A stretch of DNA of 63,773 nt, filler included, from Octopus bimaculoides (lineage: Eukaryota): assembly GCF_001194135.2 (NCBI RefSeq). It is 3 parts of 3 records of this genome, joined end to end, with 100 filler letters (N's around TTAATTAATTAA, not from the genome) between each part and the next. Parts side by side here need not be neighbours in the genome. Positions count along the whole stretch, not along the records: positions 1 to 23,904 come from NC_069006.1; 2 more parts are not named here. One strand, 5' to 3'. A program made the translations under genes and the position numbers. Positions within the stretch are counted from its first letter, which is position 1. Every line of letters starts with the position of its first letter. Positions 1 to 14,284 of this stretch are shown here, in pieces. The notes below the pieces were generated by a model. That model did not search any database. It worked only from the letters and a program-made list of their open reading frames with translations, and was not told where the DNA came from.

Positions 1-42
1 GTGTTTTGAAATGGCTTATAAACACCTTCCACACAACAAAGT

Positions 43-202
43 CAGTGTATTTCTACAGAAATATGGTAACAAAAGGGCTGAAATGATTAAAAGCGCCAGA
101 TAATGATAATAATGATAAAATTATTTTCAAAATTCTTCATTATTTTCAAACTTGATTGAAACAACTGCAGTGTATTTCTACAGAAATATGGTAACAAAAG
201 GG
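43..202. mobile_element. Two tandem right-end fragments of a piggyBac-like MITE
   Basis: Identical 35-mer CAGTGTATTTCTACAGAAATATGGTAACAAAAGGG at 43-77 and 168-202. It resembles the right terminus CAGAAATATAGTAACGAAAGGG of the piggyBac at 39487-40798. Confidence 0.55.
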
Positions 203-240
203 AATCAAATGAAGAGATCTTTCAATATTATGACCTTGGG

Positions 241-440
241 AAGGCGGCGAACTGGCAGAAACGTTAGCACGCCGGACGAAATGCTTAGCGGTATTTCGTC
301 TGTCTTTACGTTCTGAGTTCAAATTCAGCCGAGGTCGACTTTGCTTTTCATCCTTTCAAGTACTAGTTATGTACTGGGGTTGATCTAATCGACTGCCCCC
401 CCCTCCCACAAAACTTCAGGCTTTGTGCCTAGAGAAGAAA
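241..440 (+). mobile_element. tRNA-derived SINE, family A (octopus OK/OR-type; exact family not assigned)
   Basis: A-box-like TGGCAGAAACGTTAGC and B-box GAGTTCAAATTC, followed by GAGGTCGACTTTGCTTTTCATCC. Many homologous copies in the window; CpGs intact in this copy. Confidence 0.85.
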
Positions 441-939
441 AGAATATCATGACCTTGGGTATCAGCAAAGCATAAATTTCACCCTATTTACCAAAACAGT
501 GATGGGAGAATCACCGAATAAGTAAAACTAATTGCCAGAGAAAACTTGCTGTTTTGATGCCAGTCCGTCGCAGGGTTACACGTTTTTACCAGCTGAGTGA
601 ACTGGAGCAACGTGAAATGAGGTGTTTTTTTTCTATTTTTGCAATTTTTTTTTTTATTTTGTTAAATGTGTCTTGGGGTCAAAAGTACTGTTCTAATAAC
701 CCCCATGCAAACTAGGCCAAAAGACTACTTTGGTTGGCACCGAGACATTTCCCTGCCGTGATTTCTTCATTCTAAAACACTTGTTTCCCTGCTGAGAGTC
801 AAGTTTGTAGTTGACACTTTCGGTGAGGAACTTCAAGGAGGAACTCTGGAATGCCATCACCGATTCTTAAACGACTGACACACACAACTCCTCTTACACA
901 CACACACAACTCTGTTCTTTTCAATGAACTCTTGGGACT

Positions 940-1002
940 ACTACTATTACTACTACTACTACTACTATCACCACAAGTACTACTGCTGCTGCTGCTATTA
1001 CC

Positions 1003-1033
<31 letters not shown>

Positions 1034-1203
1034 TCACCACCACCACCACTACTACTACTATCACCACCACTACTACTGCTGCTTCTATTACCACCACCAC
1101 TACTATCACCACCGCTACTGCTGCTACTACTACCACTGCTGCTGTTGCTGCTATCACCACTTCCCCCACCGCCGCTGCTACTACTACTACTACTGCTACT
1201 ACA
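940..1203. repeat. Compound trinucleotide microsatellite (CTA/CAC/CTG)
   Basis: Directly visible; explains the poly-L/P, poly-V and poly-Y/H ORFs. Confidence 0.95.
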
Positions 1204-1424
1204 ATCAACGTCAGTGGAATTTGAGTTCAGAATGTAATGTAAAGACAGACAAAATGCTGCTGAGAATTGTATGCAGTATGTTCGGGGCCGTTGCTAAGCA
1301 CCTGCAACCCTTGCGTTTGCTGGATGCTTCCACGGTTGAGGAACCCCATGTTAAGATCAAAGTACGTAGATGAGTCTTCTATTTACTTTGGTTAAGATGC
1401 TGAGCAAGAATTAAACTATCTATT

Positions 1425-1670
1425 ATCATTATCATCATTTAACGTCCACTTTCCATGCTGGCATGGGTTGGACGGTTTAACTGAGGATTGGCGAACCAGA
1501 AGGCTGCACCAGGCTCCAATCTGATCTGGCAGAGTTTCTACAGCTGGATGCCCTTCCTAACACCAACCACTCCAAGAGTGTAGTGGGTACTTTTTACATG
1601 CCACCAGCACAGGAGCCAGTCAGGTGTCACTGGCATTAGTCACGACTACGATCTCACTTGGTTCAACAGG
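1425..1670 (-). mobile_element. SINE family E with RTE-like 3' tail
   Basis: (CAT)n-CATTTAACGTCCACTTTCCATGCTGGCATGGGTTGGACGG...GGATGCCCTTCCTAA. The same motif recurs at about 15460, 18830, 26650, 30580, 42850 and 55370. Confidence 0.8.
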
Positions 1671-3461
1671 TGTTAACTGAAAATTCAAAGAAATAAAATG
1701 GTAATACATTGTATCTGCAAAAGTTCTGTAAAAATATTCCATTGTACCACGAACGTGTACCAGACTTTGTGGATTGTCTATGACATCTATTGAACTTGAA
1801 CTTATTCTCAGCCTCATTATTCTGAACTGATCAATGATATCACAAAATGATATCATTGTTCATTCTTCAATTTAAAAAAAAAAAAATCTAAGTTAAAAAC
1901 CATCAACCTATATTTCCTATCTTTGTCTTAAATACCATAGTGAGAACAACCAATTTTTTTCTTCTTCTCCCCCTCTTTTTATGAAATCCAAATTCCAAAG
2001 CCTCACCTCTAGTGACCATTTCTCCTTTCAGTTCTCTTACCCAACTATTCAACCAATCTTTGAGGCCATTGTTCTGCTGCCAGAAACCCACTGAGACAAA
2101 GCAACACATTCTAGCATTGCCCTGGCTCCAAGATTGAAGAATTTATCCATGGAAGTATCCCTCTTTAGGTGAGACAACCAGTGTAAGATCATCTAAAGGT
2201 CACTGTGAAACACATGACCATTAAATTTTAAAATATTTTTTTCTGTTCAGCATGGAAAATTAGTTTTTTTTTCATTAGCGAGGGCTTTAAAAACAGTCCT
2301 TTTATTTGAAGTGTTTTCTTCTATGATAGGTGAGCATCAGGGCCAACATCGTTTCCAGTTGGCGAAGTGGCACAAGCATTTTATGTCCTTAAGTTTTCAA
2401 TAGGATACGTAGTGTGCTTAAAAAAGAAAAAAATGGACTGGGGTCGATTCCTTCAACTAACAATTCTTCAAGGTGCCTAGACATTGCATGATGTCGGAAG
2501 CAAATATGTCTCCTTGCCTGGACAGCACATCAGAAACCAATGTCCCTGTCATGTAAGCAATGTCTTTTGTCCCCAGTCTTCCATGCAAAACATGTCCAGC
2601 TATGGAGAAATACAACCTTACCTGTTAACAGGTAAGGGTTGCATCTGGCTGTATCTGCCTCAACAAAATTTCATGTAACCTCTGCAAATATGGAAAAGTG
2701 GATATTAAAACAATGATGATGATGATAATCACCGGCAAAATCACTGGAATATTGGACAAAATGCATTGTGGTATTTATTCTGGCACCTTATGTTCTGAGT
2801 TCGTATCCCACCAATGTTAACTGTCTTTTATTCTTCCAGGGTCGATAAATGATACAGTACCAGTGTAAGAGAGTGGGCTCACAGAATCGTAAGAATGTCG
2901 GGCAGGATACCCTGCCGTAGTGGTTCTTGTTCCTCGTGGTCTGACTTCCAACCCTGTCGTTCGTGGCCTACTTGAAAACTAGACTTAAATCTATCACTTG
3001 ATTTAACAGCACCACCTAGCACTTTGGCTACCGTCAGTGTTTTTCTTTTTTTTTTTCTCTCTGTTCGGCGCTGCCTTTTCCATTCCCTCCCACTCATGCA
3101 CTCTGCAAATCGTCAGGACTAAAGGATATATATATATATATAAAACGTAACAAAAAGCCAGTACATTTCAGGGGAAACAACCCTGCAACGTTGCACCTGC
3201 CCTACAACTATTTATATCTCGATATGCAGGTAAAAGCTCGCCCACTGCCATCAAATGCTAAGTTTTACTCGTTTTAGGTAATCTCTTGTGATAAATTCAG
3301 ATCCCACACAGCTAGATACTTCAGCTCATAAATACTTTAAGCTGTATAAAATTACTAACCCTTTACAAATTTCAAATATACGCCACAGCGAGAAGCTGTA
3401 CTGAGTGTCTTCGGTTGTATCCAAAGAAAGTCTGCCTTCTTGATAGGGAAGCCCTACTTAC

Positions 3462-3763
3462 TTAACATTCTATTAACTTTGCCTAGTTGTCATCAAAGAA
3501 ACCCTTCAATCTGTCCCTTCTACCGCAATTCCAATTGTTATCGCTCTCCATAATTTCTCAGTTTTATATTGTCCTCCACCGCACGTATCTTATTGCGCTC
3601 TATTTCTCAGTCTTTTCCTCCCCCATAATCTTCTCCACTCCCGTTATGTCTCATTTCTATCACAGCCCCTTCTGGAACTCCCCTCCCTGCAACCGGCACG
3701 CGAAACAATAACAGATCTAAGAAGCCTTGTTCAGCGATCACTCGTCATGCAGTTGAAGAAAGC
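3462..3763 (-). other. Candidate non-coding exon on the minus strand
   Basis: On the minus strand: acceptor ...TTTAACTTTGCAG| and donor |GTAAGTA bracket 302 nt of unique, CpG-retaining sequence with only short ORFs. Confidence 0.3.
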
Positions 3764-4689
3764 CTGCAAAGTTAAATTTTGGACGGACTTTGTCTTCTCC
3801 CTACAATAATCAAATGCGAAAATTAACTGCACTAACTTTAACTACATAACCTGGTTTTTGTTTTAAAAAGCAACCTTTTCGCTAATAAAATTACCAACTT
3901 TTACAATTGCAATTTTAACATGTTGACTGCTGTTGTTATTGTCAGATATCTCACCCTATTTAAATATCTGTTTTATTTGGGGAGACCCCACGAATATAAA
4001 ATGCCAAGTATTTCTCGCTCAACATGATGATTTGAACTTACAAATCAAATCCCTCCTTTACATTGATTTGCAAGTTTGAATTGTTTGTTAAAAAATTTTT
4101 AAAAATTATTTTATTAGTTTACAAAATCCAAAATATCCATATTATGAGACTTGTTTCTGCAGCCTTGAACAATATTCATATTGAAATAAATTGCCGTGAC
4201 TTTCCTTAAAGGAAATCGTTATTTCTATGAGAAAGAAAGAAATAGATACAAAAATCAATAATAATAGACATTTACTGTTAGAATACTCTTCTGCAATGGG
4301 GAAAGTTGCTGTGCTACAAATTTCACGTTTGTTGCCTCGAAATTATATTAATTAAACCACAGAAAATCTAAAAAAAGAAAAATTACACAACTGCTTTTTT
4401 AAAAATAAATAAATATATATTTTTAATTAGTAACAATTCTAATTAAAGCTAACGATACTGATTTCTCCGACAGTTAACCTGGTCTTTATTTATAAAACAT
4501 TTTTCTTTAAATATTTTTATCTACACACGTAAATATATATTTAAAGAAAAGAAAGTCTGTTTCATCTGTAACAAATTAGATTAACAGTCGGAAGAAGAAG
4601 AAGAAGAACAGAAAAATTAACTGGTGACCATCACTATATTAATAAACTCGGCATTAATTTGAATCTAATTGAGATGTTATCAGGGTCGG

Positions 4690-5030
4690 TGTGCTTGAGT
4701 GTGAGTCGCGTGAGGAGCTTGGCTGTGTTTTGGAGCAGCAGCAGGCCAGGCCAGGCCTCTGCAGTGAAGTACTATATGTCTGCTACATCACGTCATCCTC
4801 TGTTGAGCCAGAGCGCCATTTTATCTGGTGGTGTTTCTCTTTTTTTACCTTTCAAAACCAGCCATTTTCAAACTGAAATTACTACTTTACTTCCACATCT
4901 TATTCCTCCCAGCTTTCTTTAGACATTCCTCAAACCCTTCCACCTTGTTTTTTTTTTTTTCCGGCCTGTTCAACTGTGTCGTGGGTCTCTGGAACCGTGC
5001 AGTGCGAGACCCGTTAACGCAGGTACGTAA
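4690..5030 (+). promoter_or_regulatory. Putative promoter / non-coding first exon
   Basis: Locally GC- and CpG-rich unique sequence. CRE/ATF-like TCACGTCA at 4788-4795; YY1-like (C)GCCATTTT at 4814-4822 and 4861-4868; strong donor CGCAG|GTACGT with GT at 5023. Confidence 0.5.
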
Positions 5031-5588
5031 CCTAAACATATATACACACACATATATATACATCCATTTATTTATACATCCATATACACAATCATCTATC
5101 TATATATATATACACTTTCCATAACATATTTTCTCTTCCTCTCTCTCATCATGCGTTCCGATCGTCATATCTTCATCATCTTTATTCATTACATCGATCA
5201 CGTATTTTCGTTTCCGCCAACCGTTTCCTTTTAAACATCTCTCTCTCCATTTGTTTATGTTTTACTTGTCATTTGTCTGCCTTCGCCTCACCTTTTTTCC
5301 CAGCTTGCCTTTCATTTTATATATTATTCTCTTTTCTGTGTATCTGTTTCTTTTTTTAATCTTTTCCTTTCCTCTCGGCGAAAGCAGCAATTTATTATTT
5401 CTTTCTTTTGTATATTTTTGCTGCTCGTTACAGTTTCTTTCTTTCTTTCTTTTATTAAATCAAAAACCGCCCCCAATTAATGTCATTTCGGACACCATCG
5501 TGCACAGATTTCAACTTTAAATTCATATATACACACACAAAGTAATGTCCTCCATCACCCATATATATATACTTGTAGGTATATATAA

Positions 5589-5619
<31 letters not shown>

Positions 5620-7190
5620 GTATATAGATCTGTTGCTTCTGCTAAATATTAATATGTGTATGTGTTCACATACACATCATGTTCTCCATCATAACGTATA
5701 TACATATATATAATAGTATAAAATATGGATTCAGATAATTATATATACATGCATACATATACGTATGCACATATATATCCATGCATACATATATATACAT
5801 ACAATATCCCCGATCACAATACATACATGCACATGTGTGTTGCATACACACACACACACACACACACACATGTATGTATGTATAATGTTAACTGTTTCGG
5901 TACATCGTGCATTATTGAAGAACAAATGTCATCTAATAAAACATTATTCCTCTATGATTCCATCTGGGCTCCCCCCTCCCCGTTGTGTTTCTTCAGCAAT
6001 AATCATTCCTATTATTTTTAGCATATCTTAAATGGTTATCATGTATTCCAACATGAGCTAGGAAGACATTAAAACACACACACACACAACGTATTTTACA
6101 GCCTTTCATGTATTGATTATTGTTTTTTACTGTGTCAATACAGGAGAATGACAATTACATAAAGAGCGAACTCTTGGAAGATTGTAGTTTGTCATGTTTT
6201 GTCGCCCATTCGAGTTGTGTGGCAAACATTATACATCCACATAAATGATTTTGTACACGGCATTTGCGAGATCAGGCCTAAGTCAACCCTTCTACATCAC
6301 ACACACACACACACACGTGCATATGTTGTATAGACATGCATGCACACGTATTTACATTGTACAAATATAGCACAGCTGAAGTGTATACATACATGCACAC
6401 CTTATATACATACATACATACATAATAATATACATTCACTGTATATGCACATAAATTATGCTCGCAGTATATATACACGTACATAGTACACACACACACA
6501 TATATTATACACGCATGGACATATTCAATCTTTGCTGTTCATATTTCTGTATTAATAATACTTGATTGTACAAGCTGTATTTTACTCTACATACACGCAC
6601 GCATACTATATATAATCTACACATGTACAGCATATACACACTTGCAGTAATATATAATATATATATGCTCACACACACACACGCACGCATACATTGTCCT
6701 CTCACTACACAAACACACACACATATGTATATATTAACCTCGCACTACACACACAGGGACACCTTCTGTTCTTGCTGATCATATTTCTGTTTTTTTTTTT
6801 CAGTTGATATTAAATAATTGCACAGGGTGTATATTTACCCTCAAATATCTTTCAACCTTGCATTGTCCATTTATTATTATTATTATTATGACAAAGATTA
6901 AAAACCGAGACCGCCACAAACCTGCAGTCCGTCCGTCTGTCTGTCTGTCTCCATGTCTAGGTTTGTCTGTTTCGTTATATCCGGCTTGAAATTACATCAA
7001 CCACATTCAATGTTGGGTTTGTAATAACATTTTGTGGCGAATGTTGAATGGCTTTTCGAGAAATTTGCTATGCTGAAAAATTGGATTGGTAATGTGTGTT
7101 TATATATATATATATGTATATGTTCGTACATGTGTATGTGTGTAAGTTTGTACATGCATGTGTATGCATGCATATATATGTATGTGTGCG

Positions 7191-7229
<39 letters not shown>

Positions 7230-8059
7230 TTGTAAATGTGTATACATGTTATAGGATGTGTCAAGTTGAAGATCGCAGCATTTTAAATTTTTTACTCAAT
7301 TACACACACACACACATTGATTTTTTTTTTAGACTGAAGTTGTCAGTAACCTCGAAGTTTCGGCTTACCAGCCATCATCATTATGCATATATATGTGTAT
7401 GTGTGTATATATATCTATACATACATGGACACACGTCTTTTGCTTTCATTTTTTAATTTTATTTCATATTTATTATATACACTATATATATATATATATA
7501 TTTATCTATAGTGGCGATGTTGTGGTGTTTAATGTTTCAATTGGTGATTGATTTTGTCGGTGGCCTTGTAAGAAGGGAGAGCGATAATCATTATCGTCAG
7601 GATTATTACCACTGCAGCCGTCATCACCATCACACAGCAGCGGCTGTCGCATGCTCTTATAATAATAATAATAATAATAATAATAGCAGCAGCATCTCCC
7701 CCTCTCTCTCTCTATCTATCTATCTATGTTCATACGTCCCTTCCCTTTCTCTCCAGCCCTGTCTCTATCTCCTACTCCCCTTCCCTCTCTGTCTTCTCTC
7801 TTCATCCTTCTCTCTTGTCTTTTCCTTCCGCCTCTTCCCATTCCTCCCTTTCTTTCTCTTCCTCCTCCTCCTCCCAGCAGCTGCCCCAGATACTTTCACT
7901 CAGCTAAGCATTATTATTATTATTATTATTATTAATAATGGTTTCATTTGTGTTTGTTGGTTTTTATAGGCCACTGTTCACCTTCCACGCATTCATTTAC
8001 AACATCGTCGACAACACACACACTCTATTATCATTAAGATGACAAGCTGGCATAATCAT

Positions 8060-8390
8060 TAGTGCGTCGGACAAAGTGGTGCTCGGCGCTATTGCTTCCT
8101 GCCTTTTTTTTACGTTCTGAGTTCAAATACCGCCGTGGTCGACTTCGCCTTTCGTCCTCTCGTTGTCCAAGTACTGGGGCCCGATCTAATCGCCTAGTTC
8201 CTTCCCTCCCAAAACCTGCTGACTCTGTGCTCAAAATTGAAGCCATTATCGTTATCGGCGAGCTAGCAGACTCGTCAGCACGCCGGGCGAAATGCTTAGC
8301 GGTGGTATTTCGCCCGTCGCCGCATCCTGAGTTCAAATTCCGCCGAGGTCGACTCTGCCTTTCATCCTTCGAGGAAGGATTTAACTGAAT
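8060..8390 (+). mobile_element. Two tandem family A SINE copies, CpG-intact
   Basis: Two GAGTTCAAAT.CCGCCG.GGTCGAC cores at about 8120 and 8330. These explain ORFs 8034-8594 and 8062-8388 in large part. Confidence 0.85.
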
Positions 8391-11300
8391 AATTTGATCT
8401 CCAACTGGAGTTTCCTTCTGCCAATCTTCAGGTTTTACTTCGAAGACTTTCTTGACAGAAAGGAACTGTATATAAATAGGTTTATTATGCGTGGCTCCGT
8501 AAATCAAGGCCCAAGCTCTTGGTGGTGCGAATTTGCGAGCAGTTGTTGTATAGCCCCAGGTCAGTCGGACCTGATCAATTAGATCCATAATCAAATGTGT
8601 TCTCTCGCTGACTCGAGGGACATTTCCTGTTATTTTTAGGAAGTTGTGTGGCTGTGTAGACGTTTCCTTGTTGCCATGACAGTTTCGTCCTTAAAATATG
8701 ATGGGGTGGGCATGAATGCCACGGATTCTCATGACCTCACGAGCCTAAATAGATGTCTGTTGTACAGCCGGTACAGAGCAAAGTTCGAAGACATTTAAAA
8801 AAAAATTAATTATATATTTTCGCAGCCCCCTATAATTAAGATATTAAAATCTTGGTAATGAGATATTTCCACACATGAAAATCACCACGGCCCACGCTCT
8901 TTCTCTCTGCTCTAGTTAAATAACCCGGAAAAATCGATTTAAAGGAAATCTACATACATGTNNNNNNNNNNNNNNNNNNNNNNNNNNNNNNNNNNNNNNN
9001 NNNNNNNNNNNNNNNNNNNNNNNNNNNNNNNNNNNNNNNNNNNNNNNNNNNNNNNNNNNNNNNNNNNNNNNNNNNNNNNNNNNNNNNNNNNNNNNNNNNN
9101 NNNNNNNNNNNNNNNNNNNNNNNNNNNNNNNNNNNNNNNNNNNNNNNNNNNNNNNNNNNNNNNNNNNNNNNNNNNNNNNNNNNNNNNNNNNNNNNNNNNN
9201 NNNNNNNNNNNNNNNNNNNNNNNNNNNNNNNNNNNNNNNNNNNNNNNNNNNNNNNNNNNNNNNNNNNNNNNNNNNNNNNNNNNNNNNNNNNNNNNNNNNN
9301 NNNNNNNNNNNNNNATATATATATATATATAACCCTTTTGTATGATGATGACATCTGCTAGCCAGTATCCGCGGAGGAGCTTTCGAAAGCACGCTATGTA
9401 TTACCCAGATAATTTTGCCTAGGGTGGTGGAAATAGAACTCGGAGCTTGAGTATATATTTTTCACTATTAATAATCGATAGAAGTTAGTGACTTTAAAAG
9501 CCGCGAGTTTCGTGATTGGCACTCGTATGTGTGGATGGTGAAATTTTATCCTTCAGTGATCTAATTAAGAATGCTAAGACATTACATTATAAAATATATT
9601 GGTCTCTTTTTTTCCCCCTCTTCTCCTCTTCCCCGCTCTCTCTTTCTCTCTCCGGCATCTTTGATATCACTAAATAAATTAATATATAAATAGAGTAAAA
9701 TACAATAAAATAACCACACACACACACACACTCAGCCAAACTTGTATTGTCATGTCCTTTTGTATTCTGATGATCTGATTAAAGTTGCTATTATCATTTC
9801 TGATGTCAGCGCTATACACAAAAGTCTAAAACCCACCTGCCTTGAACCGAGGAACACACACACACACACACACGCACACACACACACACNNNNNNNNNNA
9901 CCTACCACCAGTACTACTGCTGCTGCTGCTGCTACTACTACTGCCCTGTGTAGTCAATCACTCGATTTGCTGGAAACAGCAGCTAAGTCTCTCTCGAATT
10001 CACGACCTTACGTCTTCGAAAAAAAAAAAAGAAAGGAGAGGAGGGGTGACAGCACGTTGCACAATGTAATCCTAAATTCGTCGTCTGAATAAACGATGGG
10101 GGTGGTCGCAAATAGAACGCCGGCAACCTTAGATCTATCTTGTCTGCTTCTACAGGGCTCAGCCGGGGCCGTTAGCAGTAAGGTCTTGATGCAGTGTACA
10201 GCCACTACCCAACACTATTATCGCTACCACCGCTACTATCTCTGCCAATATACATAGAGAGACCGCCGCTAATACATCTAATAGTACTATTACCGTCGCC
10301 TCCACCACCACGACCACCACTGGTTACCATTCACCTGTTGTACTATTATTGCTTCTGCTACTACTACTGTTAGTTTCACCATTGCTGCTACAGTTTTTTA
10401 AATTTTTTTATCACACTCGACCATCTTTATTCGAACAGCCACTGTATAGTCGCTCGACCCGCCAGAAATAACAGCCAAATCTCATTCGAGTCACGTTCAA
10501 GTACTATTGACTTCAACGAGGTAAAAAAAAAAAGGGGAAGCGTGAGGTAGTCCCTGGGATTTCATTTATAAGCATTTTGTAGCAGTGGTCACGCCTGCAC
10601 TTGTTTTCATCATAGTTCTTACTCGATGACGGATGTCCTGGGGCTAAAAAAAACCAACTAGCTCTGCACGCTGCAGCGATGGAAACTCTTCGTAGTCGAT
10701 CGCTCTGCTAGAAATAGCAACCAGATAGCTCTTTAGAACATGCTGTACCTTCTCAACTAATAAAAAGGTACATCGAATAATGGGCGGAGGTAAAGAACCC
10801 GTCCACCACCCGTTTTCTTCGTAACAAAAACCCTAAACGCCGGGTGTACGTATTCTTTACTTTCACCTAATAATGTACCTGGTGGCCACGGTTGGTATGT
10901 CTTCGATTGAAAGTCTCTTGAAGTCAAGGTTGTCTTGAGGCTTAAGTTTGTGACATTTGTAGGAAGAACAGCTGTGAATGGTTGGGTCCCGGGATGCTCT
11001 TGAAGTGATTATGGAGATTTTGAACTCAGAATGTAGAGTGCTGAAGTTGGATGTTGTCGTCTGCTTAGTTTGTCTGTTCTACCTTTTCTGTTTGCGTTGG
11101 GAGTTCAAATCTCATCGAGGTCGACTTTCCGGTGTCGATTAAACATTTAAAGTACCAGACAAGTATTGGGGAAGAAAGAAGAAGAAAAAANNNNNNNNNN
11201 NNNNNNNNNNNNNNNNNNNNNNNNNNNNNNNNNNNNNNNNNNNNNNNNNNNNNNNNNNNNNNNNNNNNNNNNNNNNNNNNNNNNNNNNNNNNNNNNNNNN

Positions 11301-13027
11301 NNNNNNNNNNNNNNNNNNNNNNNNNNNNNNNNNNNNNNNNNNNNNNNNNNNNNNNNNNNNNNNNNNNNNNNNNNNNNNNNNNNNNNNNNNNNNNNNNNNN
11401 NNNNNNNNNNNNNNNNNNNNNNNNNNNNNTGGAAAATAAAATTAGACAAACAAAGCGAAAAAACTACCTATGAGAATAGCTGCCAACATTTTACATAACA
11501 AATACCACAACCACCAATTATAATTATAATAATAATAATAATAAGCAGAAATTTTACTAATAATGATAATCTACTTTGTGCTGCATATTTTATCTAATCT
11601 TTCCCATTACTCATTGTGAAAGTTTGAAATAAATTTTGATAAACAACAGGAAAGAATAACAAAACAAATTGTAAACTAAGTTTTTAGTCATAAGACTTAC
11701 ATATTTATATTATTATACTCCGTTGTATATATGTATGTATGTTTGTATGCATCTATTGTCTGTCTTATTAGGTCAGATCGACATAGCTAGTTCGCTCACC
11801 TTACTCGTTGTTCAGACATATTATTTATATGTTTATACAGTTTGGGATTTTTATTGACCTTTCCCGGGTAAATTGTTTATTTTTATTTACCTGCTTAATT
11901 ACTTATTCACCTGTCCGTCTCTCTACTTTGTTTTTTAGAATTTTTTCCCATACTTTGTGTTTTGACAACTTTTTTCTGGTTAATTCTGAGCTGATTGTTT
12001 TATGTTTTACAAAAACTTTTTTCGGGACATTGAACTCCAACTATAAAACGTATGAATTTTACTCATTTTCTATTTCATTATTATTTTTTTTTCTTTAATT
12101 TTATTTTGTGCATTCGTTTTCGTAATTAAACGATAATTACTCTCAGCCATCAGAAATACGAAAAATCTTCTATTAACCTCTTAAATTGGCTCCACACAGG
12201 TTTCCTAGTGTAAACTTAAGGTCGAATGTTTATAGTTTTTGCGTTTTGTCCTCTTCCTTCTCCTCCTTCACTCGTGAGAAAGAAAGAAAGAAAGAAACAT
12301 TACATCTATTAAAAAAAAAATGACAGACGTAAGTTTTTTTCTTCTCTTTCTCTCCTATCTTGTCGCGTTTATCTTCATTTATTTACCTCGGTACCTCCTT
12401 GAACGGAACACACCCCCAAAAATCTTTTCNNNNNNNNNNNNNNNNNNNNNNNNNNNNNNNNNNNNNNNNNNNNNNNNNNNNNNNNNNNNNNNNNNNNNNN
12501 NNNNNNNNNNNNNNNNNNNNNNNNNNNNNNNNNNNNNNNNNNNNNNNNNNNNNNNNNNNNNNNNNNNNNNNNNNNNNNNNNNNNNNNNNNNNNNNNNNNN
12601 NNNNNNNNNNNNNNNNNNNNNNNNNNNNNNNNNNNNNNNNNNNNNNNNNNNNNNNNNNNNNNNNNNNNNNNNNNNNNNNNNNNNNNNNNNNNNNNNNNNN
12701 NNNNNNNNNNNNNNNNNNNNNNNNNNNNNNNNNNNNNNNNNNNNNNNNNNNNNNNNNNNNNNNNNNNNNNNNNNNNNNNNNNNNNNNNNNNNNNNNNNNN
12801 NNNNNNNNNNNNNNNNNNNNNNNNNNNNNNNNNNNNNNNNNNNNNNNNNNNNNNNNNNNNNNNNNNNNNNNNNNNNNNNNNNNNNNNNNNNNNNNNNNNN
12901 NNNNNNNNNNNNNGTATCTTGTGTTTCGTTTCATCGATGGCGTTTTTCGCATTTCATCTTTTTTCTAAAATGGTCTTTCTTCGCCTTTCCGTTTTCGCTT
13001 CCCGTCTTCTGGTTTATCAATTGTGTG

Positions 13028-13072
<45 letters not shown>

Positions 13073-14284
13073 AACTGTAGTACCCGAGTTGTCGATAATG
13101 ACAATAATTGCTGAAACGTGTTCACAATGACAGTTGTTAATGCGAATATGAAAATGTCAAAATAATAGGAAAAATAAGAAAAAGAAACTATATCCATCGC
13201 TCTCCAATTATTATAATACAGGTCTGGTTACTTTTAATATTGTACAATATGTTGTAGTCAGTGATTCCCTCGTTGTTAAATGATGATCGTTTCGTTTTCG
13301 CTGCCTTTTTTGTTTTCGCTCCTCCCTTAATGGCTTTTAAACATTTTTATTTAAAAAAAAAATGAAATATATTTTCCCCATTCTTGGGTTTCTATAGAAT
13401 CTGTTCAATGATTTGTTTCGAGAACGTTCGGTAGAATCATCACAGTTAAAGCCACATACATCTCTTTCTCTCTCTCTTCTCTCACATGTATAATGGATGG
13501 AATTATAGACAGCCTAGTTATTATAGAAAGAAACCAAATGTATTTAATAAATCAGCCATTATATAACATTTCTTTCTTTGGCAATGTCTTCGGTACCAAC
13601 AGAAGAAATAAAGACGAAATGGGGCGGAGGAAAAAAGCTCAGTTTTTATTGTACGAGACCTTAATCAAAGTAGCAGATGTCTTTTTAGACATTGTATATC
13701 AAGGAATATAGTGGCCAACATGTCTTAACCTTTTTTCTGTTTTTTTTTTTATTTTGAGACGGTAGCATATCCGTTGAGCGAGATTTGGCTGTTATTTCTA
13801 GCTCCTGTAGAAGCTTTTCTTTTTTGTTTTCTTTTTGAAGTCGATCACATGTGAGTTGAGTGAGATTTGGCTGTTATTTCTAGCCCTCGCAGAAGCTTCC
13901 CCGTTATTCGTTCAATGCAGTGGGAGGAAAATAATGAATGGAAGCGTGTAGACTGTATTATTAGAAGAGACCTGATATTTTTCACTCCAGTTAATTTCCT
14001 ATATTTGGCATCTGTTAACAGCATTTTAAAATATTGGTCAGATCGACTCTAGCCTGCAACACAGTACTGCCAGGATTGGTGGCATCGTTTATACACCATT
14101 TGCTTGTAACCTTCTACCATTGAAGAAAAAAAATATAGATATTGTCTTTTACTGCAAGGAATGGTGACATCGTTTGACACCCACAAACCACTTGCAACCT
14201 TTCTAACATTGAAGACAAAAAAAAGAACATTAGAAATTTTAAAACTGAACAGCAATAGGAGACTAATTTATATGAGTATGTTCT

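Noticed and set aside
6143-6247. Frame ENDNYIKSELLEDC...CVANIIHPHK with faint similarity to INTS13 LEDCVQETIHEHNK
   Set aside because: Immediate stop, no donor, and a poor collinear match; chance.
13093-13123. Hammerhead-like GATAATGACAATAATTGCTGAAACGTG
   Set aside because: Lacks CUGA and has an imperfect stem II; at most a decayed Penelope end.
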